Below, one piece after another: positions 18,501 to 29,898 of a stretch of 64,000 nt of DNA (position 1 is the stretch's first letter; each line of letters begins with the position of its first letter). The translations under genes and the position numbers were made by a program. This stretch comes from Diplonema japonicum. Lineage: Eukaryota; Protista; Euglenozoa: Diplonemea. The notes under the pieces were generated by a model. That model saw only the letters and a program-made list of their open reading frames with translations. It made no database searches and was not told the DNA's origin. The stretch is from contig OZ025657.1 in assembly GCA_964019335.1 (NCBI GenBank), forward strand, positions 186,001-250,000, read 5' to 3'.

Positions 18501-19235
18501 AGAATAATAATAATAATAAAAAAAAAGACCATCAGAGCGGCAGAGGAAAACAATGGGATGTGGAAAGAGACTAAAAGAATAATAAAAAAAAAAAAAGAAA
18601 GCAGTGACAAAAAAAAAAAAGAAAAAGTGGGGGGCGAAAAGGCAATATTGACATAGAGCGGGGAAGAATGGGGGACAGAGATTGTGTGTGGAGTTTTTTT
18701 TCTTCTTTTTTTTTCTCTTTTCTTTCTCCTTCTGCCCCCCCCCCCTTTTTTTTAAAGTCAGTTTGTCCAAAACCCATTTGTTCCCTATCCCCGAGTATTT
18801 ATTCCCTTTTATATCGACAAAAAAAAAAAGAAAAGAAACTAAATCACCATCGAGAACAAGACGGGGAAGGGGATGCGGGCATTTCATGAGTTTTAGTGTT
18901 ATTGTACTTAATACAAAAGGCTCTAAGAAAAAAAAAATATATATTCTGCCACAAAGCGGTACTCTTTTAATGAAGAGGAACTTGCCTTTTCGCTTAGACA
19001 ATCCACTCAAAAACTGGGGAAAGCAACTAAAGTTGCTGCAGCGATAACATAAGAACCGCAGGATGTAAAACACTATTGAAGATAGGTGACAATAAATTAA
19101 ATTCAATTTCTTTTTTTTTTTCTTTCGCTTCGTTCGGTCGAACTCCCTCTCTCTCGTTCCCCCCCCCCCTTTTTTTTCGGGCTTAATTAACACTAAGGAG
19201 AGGTTCCCATCAACACAAAAAAAAAAAAAAAAAAA

Positions 19236-19530
19236 ATGGGGCTTTGATTGCAACACTAGGTGGCGTTAAGCGTGCAATGAAGCACGAACTACCTACTTGA
19301 TTACAGGGGGCGCTCCTCGGCCGAGCAGTAGCTTCTTCTGCGTTCCGCGTCGTGTCCTTAATGCGTGCGGTGTGCTCAACCCTAGCCGGGGCGTCCCGGG
19401 TAACCAAGATTCTGCGCTCGTGCAGTTTGCTGCCTGTTCGTCACCCTGAGCATCTGCGTTACGTTCTTCCACTCGGGCGCTACCGGTGATGACCGACGAG
19501 GAGGTCAACAGCGAACAACACATCTGATGT
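19236..19530. repeat. SINE-like dispersed repeat, longest copy
   Basis: Homologous blocks in the same orientation at ~20328-20375, ~38295-38460 and ~57086-57194 (e.g. gcgtgcggtg..ctca.ccctagc.gg...ccggg.aaccaagatt). The right boundary is approximate. Confidence 0.8.
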
Positions 19531-20275
19531 ACTTCTTATATTTTCATGTTATCCCCACCACCTAAAAAAGAAGGAGAAAAAAAAAAGGAAAAAAAATGAA
19601 AAATACCTAAAGGCACTTTATATCCATTTAAACCACGTTGTCCGTTGGTGCTGTACTGGGTAAAAAGCCTGTAGAAATCTGTTTTACCCTTAACATGTTT
19701 GCTGCCAACGTTGCCCTCTTGTTTAGACAAGTTAAAATATAAAAGGATAATATTTCTTTTTTGCTTTTTTCTTTTTTAATTTTATGACATATCCTTGGTT
19801 CGCACGAAACAACACAATATAAAATAAGAATTGCTCGGCACAAGTTGCATAAGATTACAAAAAAAGAAAGAAAAAAAAACATTTTCTTTTTGTAGGGGAC
19901 AAGGGAGAAAAAAAAAAGAAGTAAAAACTTAAATAATTACAAAACCTATTCACTAGCAAATACACCATTTCTATACAGCTTAAAAAAGACACTCTGAGCG
20001 GCCAGATATTGTTTACCTTACTCAGATCTTAAACCTTCTACGCCCTTCTCGTTGGTACTAAATTAGAATAACTCTGAACAGTCACCGACCGCTCTTGTTT
20101 CCTTATATAGGGATGAGTGCTGGCGACAACAACAAAAGAAAAAGAGAAAAACATCTAAAGAGAAAAAAAGAAAAAAAAAGAGAACAAATCATATCGTTTT
20201 ACCGGTTGGCACTACAGAAAAAAAAAATAATACAAAAAAAAAAAGATTTTTACCGAATCAAAAATAATTGGCCTC

Positions 20276-20309
<34 letters not shown>

Positions 20310-20327
20310 TAAAGGTCCACAACCACC

Positions 20328-20375
20328 TTCTACTTTGATTACAGGGGGCGAACCTCTGCCGAGCTGTAGCTTCTG
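20328..20375. repeat. SINE-like repeat, fragment
   Basis: ctactttgattacagggggcgaacctctgccgagctgtagcttct versus ctacttgattacagggggcgctcctcggccgagcagtagcttct at 19293. Confidence 0.75.
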
Positions 20376-20527
20376 AAAACGAAAAAGAAGAAGGAAAAAA
20401 AAGGGAAAAAAAAAAAAAAAACATGCAGATCTTCCACGAAACCTTTTTTGTGCAGCAATTCTATTCTTCGGTGAGGGGCAGGGGCAGACTCTAAAGACCA
20501 CATATGCCCCCCCCCCCCCCCCCCCCA

Positions 20528-20628
20528 GGGCTATGTTGGCAAGAAACGGGTAAACGTTCCGTTTCCGTATCCGTTTCCTTACTTTCAAAAAAAAAGCTTG
20601 GAAACGCGTTTCCTTGCCAACATGGCCT
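20528..20628. mobile_element. MITE (~100 bp), copy 1
   Basis: TIRs GGGCTATGTTGGCAAGAAACG ... CGTTTCCTTGCCAACATGGCC; a second, inverted copy lies at 37951-38058. Confidence 0.85.
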
Positions 20629-21624
20629 TGGGGGGGGGGGGGGGGGGGAGTACGTTCTTCAATTTTGTATAGTTCCTTCTACCCATACAAAAAAAATGGG
20701 GGGGGGAGAGAGAGAATAAAAAGGGGTGTGAATAATTGGGGGTACAAAACAAATTGGAAAGGGAAATAACTTTCTCAAAAGGGGAAAAAAAAAAAAAAAA
20801 AAGAGAGACAAACAAAGGGATGGATACAGAGTTCGGGTATATATATTTTTTGTTTTTTTTTTTTGTTTTTTTTTTTTTTTTTTCTCTTCAGTCCTCAAGA
20901 ATGGCAGAGGCGATTGATGAGGCTACAGAATCGTCTAAATCCTGCAAAAAAAAAAAGATTTAAAAGAGTTTAACCTTATGCTACCAGGTCGGTTTTAGGG
21001 GGGGGGGGGGGGGATGGAATGAAAAGATTTTGAAAATCTGCGTTCTAATGGTAAATGAGATCGGATGACCACCCTTTCCCCCCTTGAAATTCTATTTCGT
21101 CACAAATGGATCTTTCCAAAATTAACATGCCAACACCCCGCAAAATGGGGGTCTAGATGCCTAACGACATCTCCCCTTAAGCGAGAGCGAGTCATTTCAG
21201 AGAAGTCAGCCAGGGTGATACTCAGCGACAAAAAGGCAAACCTTGCAGCGACCAAGGCACAAAACGGGGTATCATGGACTGACTTGGCTTCTGCAAAAGA
21301 AAAAGATGCCCAGTGCCTGAGGATAGTCTCCTTCACCCGATCGTGTCTCGCAACCCTAGAAACAGTCATAACATCAACGTGGTTCAATGCGGATTTCAAA
21401 TATCTTTCAAATGCGTACCTCGAATCAAAAAAAAATAACTTCAAGACTTTGGTATTTCTTTTTTTTTTTGTCTGTTCGCCCATGCCAGGTAAAATCGGGA
21501 AAATCCAAAAATCAACCCCCCCCCCCCCCGGTAGCATAAGGGTAAAAAAAATTCACTATGATAGGAACGAAGTGGTTAGCAACGGCCCGCCAAAAAAAAA
21601 CTATTCTTTTAAGGTATGCGTTTT

Positions 21625-24045
21625 TGCGCTCACCGGCCGCGCTGTTCTTAGTCCCCGTTGTCCCCGTTCTGGGGGCTCTGGCGGGTTCCTACTGCGGTGG
21701 TAAAACTGCGGGGCAGCCTTGTCGGGGTCTGCGACAGGTACGTGTCACGCAAGCCTTCGATGCTGCTCATGGTTCGCTCCGGGAGTACTGGCCTCCTGTC
21801 ATACCCGTGTGTGGTCGGTCCTCCTATACAGCGCAGGGAGTTGACGCGATCCACTCGCGCTGCTGGGAACGCCGTCCTTCTGCCATCAGCGTGGTACAGG
21901 TCCTGGACACGTCTCAGCACATACCTCAGCCTCCTTGCCTTGACGCCCAGGTCCTCCACCTTGCCCACTTCCCCGCCGTCGTCTAGCGGCAGCTCCGTCT
22001 CCCGCTCGAAGTCGAGGGCAAGCTCCAGCGTCGTAACCGTCGTGTGCCGTCCAGGGGCGTCATCCCACAGCAAGCCACTCAGCCACCTCAGCACCGGCCC
22101 CAGCAGCCTGTCCATCACCTTCCCCGATGCTCCCAGCCCACGTAATTCGGCCACCGTCGGCGTCGGGTGTGCCCTTCCCGTCACGACCACCCGCCACGGG
22201 TATGTCTGCGTCTGCAATGCGCGGTTCGCTTCCACCGCCGTATCCCTCAGTGTGACCACCTCCAGCAGGTACCTTTGCACCAACAGGGCCCTCGGCTTGT
22301 CTTGGCATCCCCTGGGCACTATCCCGTGGAGCGTCGTCGCGTTCGGCATGGTCGCCGGGTCGAGACTCGCATACTCTGCCTTGCCCCGCACCGCATCTCC
22401 GAGTTCGCATCGCCAGAGGGCGTGCTCCAGCACCTCGGTGTAGCTGCCGTAACGCTCCCCACACACGTCACAGAGGTGCTGCAGCGGGTTGTCCGGCCCC
22501 TCCGCCACTCCCCGCACCGCAGGGTACACCGCAAACACCGCCCCAGCAATCAGCCTCCTCAACCTGTACGCCGCCATCGGGTTGTTCGCGAGCGCCCTCC
22601 ACCACCCGTTCGTGACCGGGTCGGCCCCCTCTGGCATGCCGCTGTAGGAGGTCCTCCCTTCTGCTTGTTCCGCTGCTGTCATGGCCCGTGCCACTCGGCG
22701 GATCTCGTGTTTGCGTTCCCGCTCGGTCGTGGTACGCAGCCCTTCCACAAAACTCCAGCTCTTCCCGACCGCCGGCAGCCATCGTCTCACTAGGGTTCCC
22801 ACTGGTCCCTGGGCCTCCACGTCGCTCTGCAGGTACAGGGCGGCACACCTTCCCATCCGGTCCCACAGCTCTGCATCCGACCTACCAACCTTCACCACCG
22901 TGCACAACAGTCGATAAAGCGTCACCACCAGCGGGTCCGTCGTGTGCCCCGGCAGCAAGATGTTCGCTACAGCACACGGTGAGCGCATCTTGAACTTCGG
23001 TCCCCAGAGGCATGTCGCTACTCTCGACCGGATTGTGCCTGCATCCACTTTCGAGGGGGGGGCATACGCAACACCGTAGAGGCAAGAGGGGAGGATGGAG
23101 CTGGAGATGATCCTTGCCTTCTGTGAGAATCCCAACGGCATGGCAGCCAGCCTTCCGCACGCCCGCTCCATTCCCACAAGGGGCTTGGCCCTGTGCTCGC
23201 CGTCCATGCAAACCTTGATGCCCAGGGCGCTGATCTCCGTCTTGGCTGCAAGCACTTCCCGCCCACACTTCACCGACCCGGACCCTTCTGTGGAGAACAT
23301 GTCCGTCTTCTTGAGGTTGAGACTCATCCCCGTTAGCAGAGAGAATTCACCTACCCCCGCTGCCGCCTTCTCCAGTGCGCTGAGCAGAGCTGCAATCAGG
23401 TACACGTCATCTGCGTACGACAGGGAATCTGCCCCGGGCACCTCCGCCATGATCGCCCTCACCATCACCCCCACCAGCGCGTTCACCATCACCACCGAGA
23501 TCGGGCACCCCTGCAAGATGCCGTTCGATGTGGCGAACTCGTCACCCACCCCTGTCGGGTACTTGAACCTCCGCCTGAGGGACTCGTACATCGTCGTCAG
23601 CGGCCGCAGTATGTTCTGATGTAGCCCCAGGTCCCCCATCAGTCCAAGTGCCACCTCCCGCGGGATGCGGTCGAAGCACTTGACAAAGTCCAGTGCGAGA
23701 CCGTGCATCGGTGTACCCGACAGCAGGGCTTCCTCGAGTTGCGTCGTCAGCTCCAGCAGCAGCGTGTCCGTCCCTCTCCTCGACCTGAAACCGTGCTGTG
23801 ACGTGTGCGCCCACGACTCCTGCCAGACCAAGATGCGCCTCATCCTCGTCGTCGCCCACAGCCTGTACACAGCGCTGGTGACCGTGATCGGCCGATGGTT
23901 CAGCGGGGATCTGTCCTCACCCTTGGGTATCAGGGAGACGAGTGCCGTCAGTAGCGCCTCCGGCCATTCGCCGGTCTCCTCGATGATGTTGAAGAGCTGC
24001 GCCCACCTCTCCAGCAGCGCGTCAGGTATAGCCTTCAGCTCCGCG
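21625..24045 (-). mobile_element. 5'-truncated non-LTR retrotransposon (RT, CCHC finger, C-terminal domain), ORF uninterrupted
   Basis: LIPK, RPITV, QHGFR, DFVKCFD, GILQGCPIS, YADD, CDVCG...HALWRC; GC-rich; no endonuclease domain present. Confidence 0.92.
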
Positions 24046-24061
24046 AAAAAAAAAAAAAAAA

Positions 24062-24767
24062 CATCTTTTTCGAACAATACCAGAGAAGATTTCAACGGCG
24101 AGCTGTCGCTTTCCCTTGTCATAGCGCTCTGCCTGTCAAGCGACCCAGTAGGTTGCAAACAATGAAGCCCCGGTTTGCACGACCAAGCATCCGACGAAGG
24201 CGACCATTGCAAATGCCTGCGGGACCGCACCTGGCTGTGTTTCGCACACTCCGCCTCATCTGACCGCTGCTTCTTAGGAGTAACAGGGTAGTAGGCCTGC
24301 TGGTGCCTACTATGCCCGTGAAGCGCCATCTGATTAAGACGCTGCTGCTGCTGCATAAGGTACGACAGATGCATTTGCTGTTGGTGCTGTTGCTGATGTT
24401 GCTGCTTATCAGCCTCCGTTTGAAAACTCACCATTTTCGTCAACGCGGAGGTAGCAGGGTACAGCAATGAAGGGTTCTCCTTAACAAGGCCTATTAGAAT
24501 AGAAGCAGCTGCCTTTGGCGACACGCTGGCAACGCGTTCCATGGCGTCCTGAAGCACCTTTAAGTCGCGCTGCGGGACCTCTTGCTCTAGCATCGGTTTT
24601 GCAGCTTCCTGTTCTTTCTTCCGTAGTGCGTCGCAGAGCACCTTGTGCACCACCCAGTGGGCAGATTGGCATTCTACATTGCAGTACGCCGTCATCAAGC
24701 ACGGGCATTTCCTCAAACCCTCTTGGTTATTCCCACAGTACGAGCACTGCATTTCACCTCCCTCCAT
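24062..24767 (-). CDS. MYND-type zinc finger protein (reads through in frame into the RT element to 21648)
   Basis: CSYC...CPC..AYCNVECQSAHWVVHKVLC; poly-Q; second motif CAKH..VRSRRHL...WSC....HC; TTTCAG acceptor 6 nt before the ATG. Confidence 0.8.
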
Positions 24768-24997
24768 GTGATCTGAAAAAAGAAAAAAAAATATTATCCC
24801 TTCCTGTGTATTTGATTTTTGACGTTCTGATATACAAAGAATAACAAATGTAAGGGGGGGGGGGGGGGGGGGGGGTCTCCCACCGACAATATAAAAAGTA
24901 ATATAAGAGAATGAAAAAAAAAAAGTCTATAAAATCTTAAAAGAAAACAAACATCAAGAAGAAGAAGGGGGAAAAGGCGGGGGGATACTGTGACGTG

Positions 24998-27900
24998 TTA
25001 CGTCGGCTTGTTCTTCTTTTTGGAGGATGACTTCTTCTTCTTCGGTTCGCCGCCGTCCTTTTTCTTTTTTTTGCTCTCATTCCGACGTTCCCTTTGGCGC
25101 TTCGTGGCAGTGTGGTCCTTGCCTTCCTTCAGCAGTTCTAGCTGCTCGGTATAATCGTCAACAAGCTCTGGTGGTACCTATGGGTTTTTTTTTTTTTTTT
25201 TTTTTTCCACTTAGATTGCATTTGTTCACATACCTGGTTGTTCTTAAACAGGGCATCAAGATGAGTTTGGTACGCATCTTTGCCAGCCGCTTTGAAGTAA
25301 GAATCCATTTGTTCCTCAAATTCCGCGAGCTTTTGCTTGTAATCTTCATCTTGCTCTTCTTCAGCATCGGGCTGCTCTTGTTGCACTTGCACTGGAGACA
25401 CGACTGTCTCTTCGGGCTTTTTAACCCCCTCTTCTTCTTTCTTAGCCTCTTTCTTTGATTTCTTCTTAGTCGATGCCTTCTTCTCCGGCTCTTTTTTCTC
25501 TTTCTCCGGCTTGGGGTCCGTCTTCGATTCGTTCGCAGGTTCTTCCAGAGGCGCGGGGGGTGGTGTCTCAGGCTTCCCTACATTCTCTTCCTTGTAACTT
25601 GGATCTTTCTCTTTTTCCTTATCTTTTCTCCTTCGATGCTTGAAAGGGTTCTTGCCCTGTTTGATCCGTTCTAGTTGCTTCCTGTACACGCTCTCCAGCT
25701 CCTCTGGGCATGTCTTATTGATGAGCATGCTTTCGACAAACTTGCGATACTCCTCAACACCTGCCTTCTTGTAGTAGTCCTCCATTTCATCTTGGAAAAC
25801 TTCCAGTTTCTTTAGATACTCCTCATCCTCGGGGTCGAGCAACATGGAAGGTGCCCTGCCTCTGCCTTGGCTCTCGTTGGACGCGATGGATCCCTCGTCA
25901 CTGTCGAGCCCCGCAGGGTAGTGAGGGGGCGGGTACAGGTAGGTCTCCCGCTTGTGGTCATCCCCGTTCACCAGCGTCCCTTGCAGGTGGTACATCGTGC
26001 GCCGCTCATTTGGAGACTTCTCCTGAAGGTAGATTCCGTTCGCCTTCGGGTCGAACCCGTACTGGAAGAACTCTTCTGTTCTCTTCGCCGGCAACCCTTC
26101 CGGATCGTACTCGTAATCCCCCACCCCGTCCGCTGCTTCCATGTCACCAAGCAGCCCCAACGCATCGATCCTGTCCAGCATGTCTTGCTTCGCCCGCTCC
26201 GGCGACAAGTCCCTCACGACGGGCTGCTGTAGCTTTCTGTCCTCCGGATATTTCGACAGCAGCACTTGCAGGTCTAGCGCTGTGTCCGCAGGGTGAGGGT
26301 CGTCATCCGGATGCACAAACGGGAGATTCGATGCTGCAAGCTCCGGATCCCGTATCGTGACCTTCCTGGGACGGGGCGCATGCACGGGGGGCAGATCGCT
26401 CTGCGGGCTGATTGAATAATCTCGACCAGCTACGGACGGCAGTTTCTGCGACGCCGCCTTCAACTTGTACTCGATAACGGCGGTAAGGGGCAGCCACGCC
26501 TGGAGCTCGGGGCCTGGGAAGTTAACCATCACCGTGGCGTCCTCCAAGTCCTGGTCCGTGACGATTCCCCTGCATCCCTTGATGGCAACGTACGAGGCAA
26601 TGTCTTCGTCTGTGTTGCAGGACAGCCCAGGGTGCGACTGCACAAGGCGCACTAACCGCTGACCATCAGATATCGCTGTGACCTCCCTGCCGATGCCTTC
26701 CTCAGGGTCTTTCGGCTTCGCACTTGGCTGCGTCACACCCACGTCAACCACTATGTGCGTGGTCGCCTCCGAAATCTCCTTTGCCACCCCTAAGTCCTCT
26801 GTTCCCCTGATTCTGATGCCATTGATGGAAACAATTCTTCCCGCATCCGGGACTTCGTCCTTCTCGGCATTCCCGCCGGGTACCAGGCCACTGATGAACA
26901 CGCCATCAGGTGTCTCGTTGAATGTGACGCCCACCTTCCCATCGCCTCGCAGGAGGACCGTCCGCTCAACTGAATTTATGGGATGCTTGTGCTCAGTAAG
27001 GGGGAGCTGCGAGTTTGAAGGGAATCGCTGTTTTTCATTCAGTGCAACATTGAGCTTCTCTGTGTCAGAGAAGCGCTGCTTGAGCTCGAATTTCGGAGCG
27101 TTGGTGACAGTTGGCTGGGCAGCGAGAATAGGCGAGGGGGGTGCCTGCTGAGGGGCTTGAACAGCACCTGTTACCAGTGGTTCCATGGGGGACGGGCCTC
27201 CAGGAACACCGTGTTGTGGTTGTACAGGTGTTGTTGAGCGCCTTGGCAGCACATTAGCAGCCCGCAAGATGTCGGCTACTTGGTTCACATCGATGGGTTG
27301 CTCTACATGCTGCGGGTCCTCCCTATGCATCGAAGGAGGAAAGGCAACTGAGGGAGTAGCTACTGATTCTGCAGGAATTGCATTCGAAATGCTGGGCTTG
27401 TATGGCCAAGTCTCGTTGAAGGTTGGCGAGGGAAAAGGAGGTGCTGGTGGCCGCACGGAACGCGGTGTATAGCCACTATGTATGCTGAAAGGCGTCTGGC
27501 CGTGAGATGTAGAATCGCGTGGAGTTGGACTGAACTCAGAGAATTGAGGAGCAAGTTCCTGGGGCTGATGATGGTTATGGTGAGGGGAGTGCTGGTGATG
27601 TGGATGCTGGTGCTGGTGCTGATGGTGGGGATGTTGGTGATGGTGATGGTGATGAGGGTGATGTGGGTACTGGTGCTGGTGGTGGGGATGCTGGTGGTCA
27701 TGGTGGTGCGGTGGACCGTTGTGATCCTGCTGCGGAAGTCTCTCCTCGATGTTCTGTTTCAATTGCGTGGGGTCAAATCGCGCAAATTCTGGTGGTGTCG
27801 CAACCCCCCAGTCGCTGTACTTCGTGTCCTTCCTAGCGGGCACACCATCAGTTGTGTGAGACTTCCCGTGCATAGTATTTGTTTCGCCTTGATCGTTCTT

Positions 27901-28164
27901 CTGCGAATTAGTTCCATCCCACGGGAAGATCTTGCTCGGGGGGTGTTCCTTCGGGGCTTCGTTGCCCTTCGCTTCCCACGGAAAGAGCTTCCCCAGCACA
28001 TCTTCCTTTTCAGGTACTTCTTCAAATTGGTGCTGGACGGAAGCTTTTTGAAACCTAGGAGTGTTTTCCTTCGCAACAGAGCCTGGTTTGACTACCGGCA
28101 CCTTCTGCAGGAGGTAGGATGCTGTGGAGCGGACAGCCAGGTTATTTCGTTGGCCATCTGACAT
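24998..28164 (-). CDS. PDZ-domain protein with His/Gln/Pro-rich N-terminus and duplicated C-terminal helical module; 2 exons (28164-25234, 25177-24998)
   Basis: PDZ: VGVTF...VFISGLVPGGNAE...IVSING. Splicing 25178-25233 yields VPPELVDDYTEQLELLKEGK, which parallels the earlier CPEELESVYRKQLERIKQGK; TAA at 24998-25000. Confidence 0.85.
25178..25233 (-). other. Spliceosomal intron, 56 nt
   Basis: GTATGT...CTAAG TGG (A)n CCCATAG; completes an internal protein repeat. Confidence 0.85.
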
Positions 28165-28244
28165 CCCCTGCCCCACTCCCTGAGGTAAGGTTGCAATATT
28201 CTTCGCCCTCGTTAAAAGAACAAAAAAAAAGGGTAAAATAAACC

Positions 28245-29093
28245 TCATGAAGACACCAAACGGGTACTAGGTTGTTGCGGAAGCAGGTCAAGACTATCGT
28301 CTTGAACCCGGTTATACCGGAGAAGGGAGGATACAGCGGAGGCGGTATCTGGGTCGAGAGAAGGGAAGGAAGATGAGGTGGTTAAGATTAGCGAAACTGT
28401 CTCAGGGAGGAGTAAGGGGGGCCGGGTACCATCCCAAGAAGAGATGTGTCTAACAAGCGACCAATAGAGGCGGGCGTCGTTGCGGATGACAGCGTGCTGC
28501 AGGAAGGCGTGCATGGCAAGGAGAGTGGCTGGGTAACCCTGGCGGAGCTTAGAGGTGTAGAAGTGAGTGGTAGCAAGCTGCAGGCGTGCCAAAGGGGAGA
28601 CTTCGACTTCATTGATCCATTTTATTTGAGGCAGTGCCGTCCAAGAGTACACAGCAGAGTGGAAAGTGTTCGCCCCTCGAAGCAGGGTCACAGCCCTGCT
28701 AGCGTCGCCACCATACAGGGCCAGCCCACACATCCCTGCGGAGACTACTCTGGAACCTTTATCCCATTTCCCAACTAGGTCTCGCACCGCAGCTAAACAC
28801 GTCCTGTAGTGATGCCGGCCAACACCACACCTTATTGCCATGTACCTAATGAGTTCACCCCACTCCTCCTCTTTAAGTGTTCCCTTCACATCTAAGATGT
28901 GCCTCGCAACCTTCTCCGGTGGAGGTGCCCACCACCCCTCATACTCATACAGCGCTGTGAACGGCGCGCCCCCACCGCGTACCTCTTCAAGACATTCCTC
29001 GTACGGGACCACAGGGACTTCATACGTGTTCCGCCGCGCCCTGTTCCACCGCATGCGGCTGGCTGCACGGTTGAGCTTCGCCGTTTTTGACAT
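28245..29093 (-). CDS. Hypothetical protein, Arg-rich N-terminus (possible mitochondrial targeting)
   Basis: 282-aa intact ORF collinear with its neighbours. Confidence 0.7.
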   Translation of the reverse strand: MSKTAKLNRAASRMRWNRARRNTYEVPVVPYEECLEEVRGGGAPFTALYEYEGWWAPPPEKVARHILDVKGTLKEEEWGELIRYMAIRCGVGRHHYRTCLAAVRDLVGKWDKGSRVVSAGMCGLALYGGDASRAVTLLRGANTFHSAVYSWTALPQIKWINEVEVSPLARLQLATTHFYTSKLRQGYPATLLAMHAFLQHAVIRNDARLYWSLVRHISSWDGTRPPLLLPETVSLILTTSSSFPSLDPDTASAVSSLLRYNRVQDDSLDLLPQQPSTRLVSS

Positions 29094-29287
29094 TGCCTTT
29101 TTTTGTTTTTCTTTTCTGTATCCTTCGCTTACGCCTGATCCTGAGGGGTTTTATTTTGCACCACCAAAAAGGAGAGAAAAAAAAAGACTGCAAGTATTTT
29201 CCTTTTCCCAAAGGTTAAGAACGGAGATAGAGCGGGAAAGGAATAAGAGGGGAAGGGTCTTTTTGGAAGGTAAAAGAAGAAAAGAAC

Positions 29288-29785
29288 TCACCAGTCTTCC
29301 TCCCATTCAGTGTTACTCTTCTGAACCAGGGCGGGCTTAACGGGTAGGGTTGCCGGGGGGGCTCTCGGTTTGCCGGCAAATGCCATGGCTTCATATTTCT
29401 GCTTGGTGGTGGTGAAGAGGGGGCCGTTCATAGAGTAGTCGACGGGCTGTGCGGGGGGTGGAGGGATGCCGTATTTGGCGGCTGCCTTGTCATTGCCCAT
29501 TCTCTCCATTGCCTCAAGTTCGTCAGGGAACCACTGGTATGTGCCCATACAAGACTTTATCTTTGAGACATGAGCACCCAGCCCCCTATGCACCTGCGCA
29601 CATTTCGTGCAAACAAACACCCCTAATGTCACACTCGCCCAGCTTGTCGGCGACGCGTTGCACTCCGCACATCGCTTGTTCGCCCCGTTGCACTTTATCG
29701 CCTTCAGCTTCATGTGCATTTCCTCGTCTCTTCTATCCATCTCGTCCTTGTTATATTCATTGCCCAGCTTGCTTGTCACAGACAT
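29288..29785 (-). CDS. ArfGAP domain protein
   Basis: NKRCAEC...WASVTLGVFVCTKCAQVHRGLG.HVSKIKS (C4 finger plus Arg finger). Confidence 0.93.
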   Translation of the reverse strand: MSVTSKLGNEYNKDEMDRRDEEMHMKLKAIKCNGANKRCAECNASPTSWASVTLGVFVCTKCAQVHRGLGAHVSKIKSCMGTYQWFPDELEAMERMGNDKAAAKYGIPPPPAQPVDYSMNGPLFTTTKQKYEAMAFAGKPRAPPATLPVKPALVQKSNTEWEEDW

Positions 29786-29898
29786 TTCTTTTTTTTTGTT
29801 CCCCCACACAAAGAAAACACGAAACCTTTACCCCCCTTGTTGGCGAGAAAAAAAAGTGGTAAGAAAAAAGAACAAAACACTGTACAAGAAACAAAGCC

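Noticed and set aside
17393-19217. Inverted TGTnTTGAnGGGAACC pair flanking the RING-FYVE gene as Pack-transposon TIRs
   Set aside because: Short and imperfect with no TSD; better explained as independent fragments of the 45-nt motif.
19305-19330. HDV-like ribozyme (TCCTCG loop) in the SINE-like repeat
   Set aside because: Could not build P1/P2/P3 pairings, and the loop is not conserved in the other copies.
19486-19527. C/D snoRNA boxes GTGATGA...CTGA
   Set aside because: Only ~40 nt apart, antisense to the gene cluster, and no identifiable guide.
18339-20963. ORFs rich in poly-F, poly-K, poly-G and poly-P, and similar N-terminal extensions of real genes
   Set aside because: Translation of homopolymer runs, which lack stop codons.
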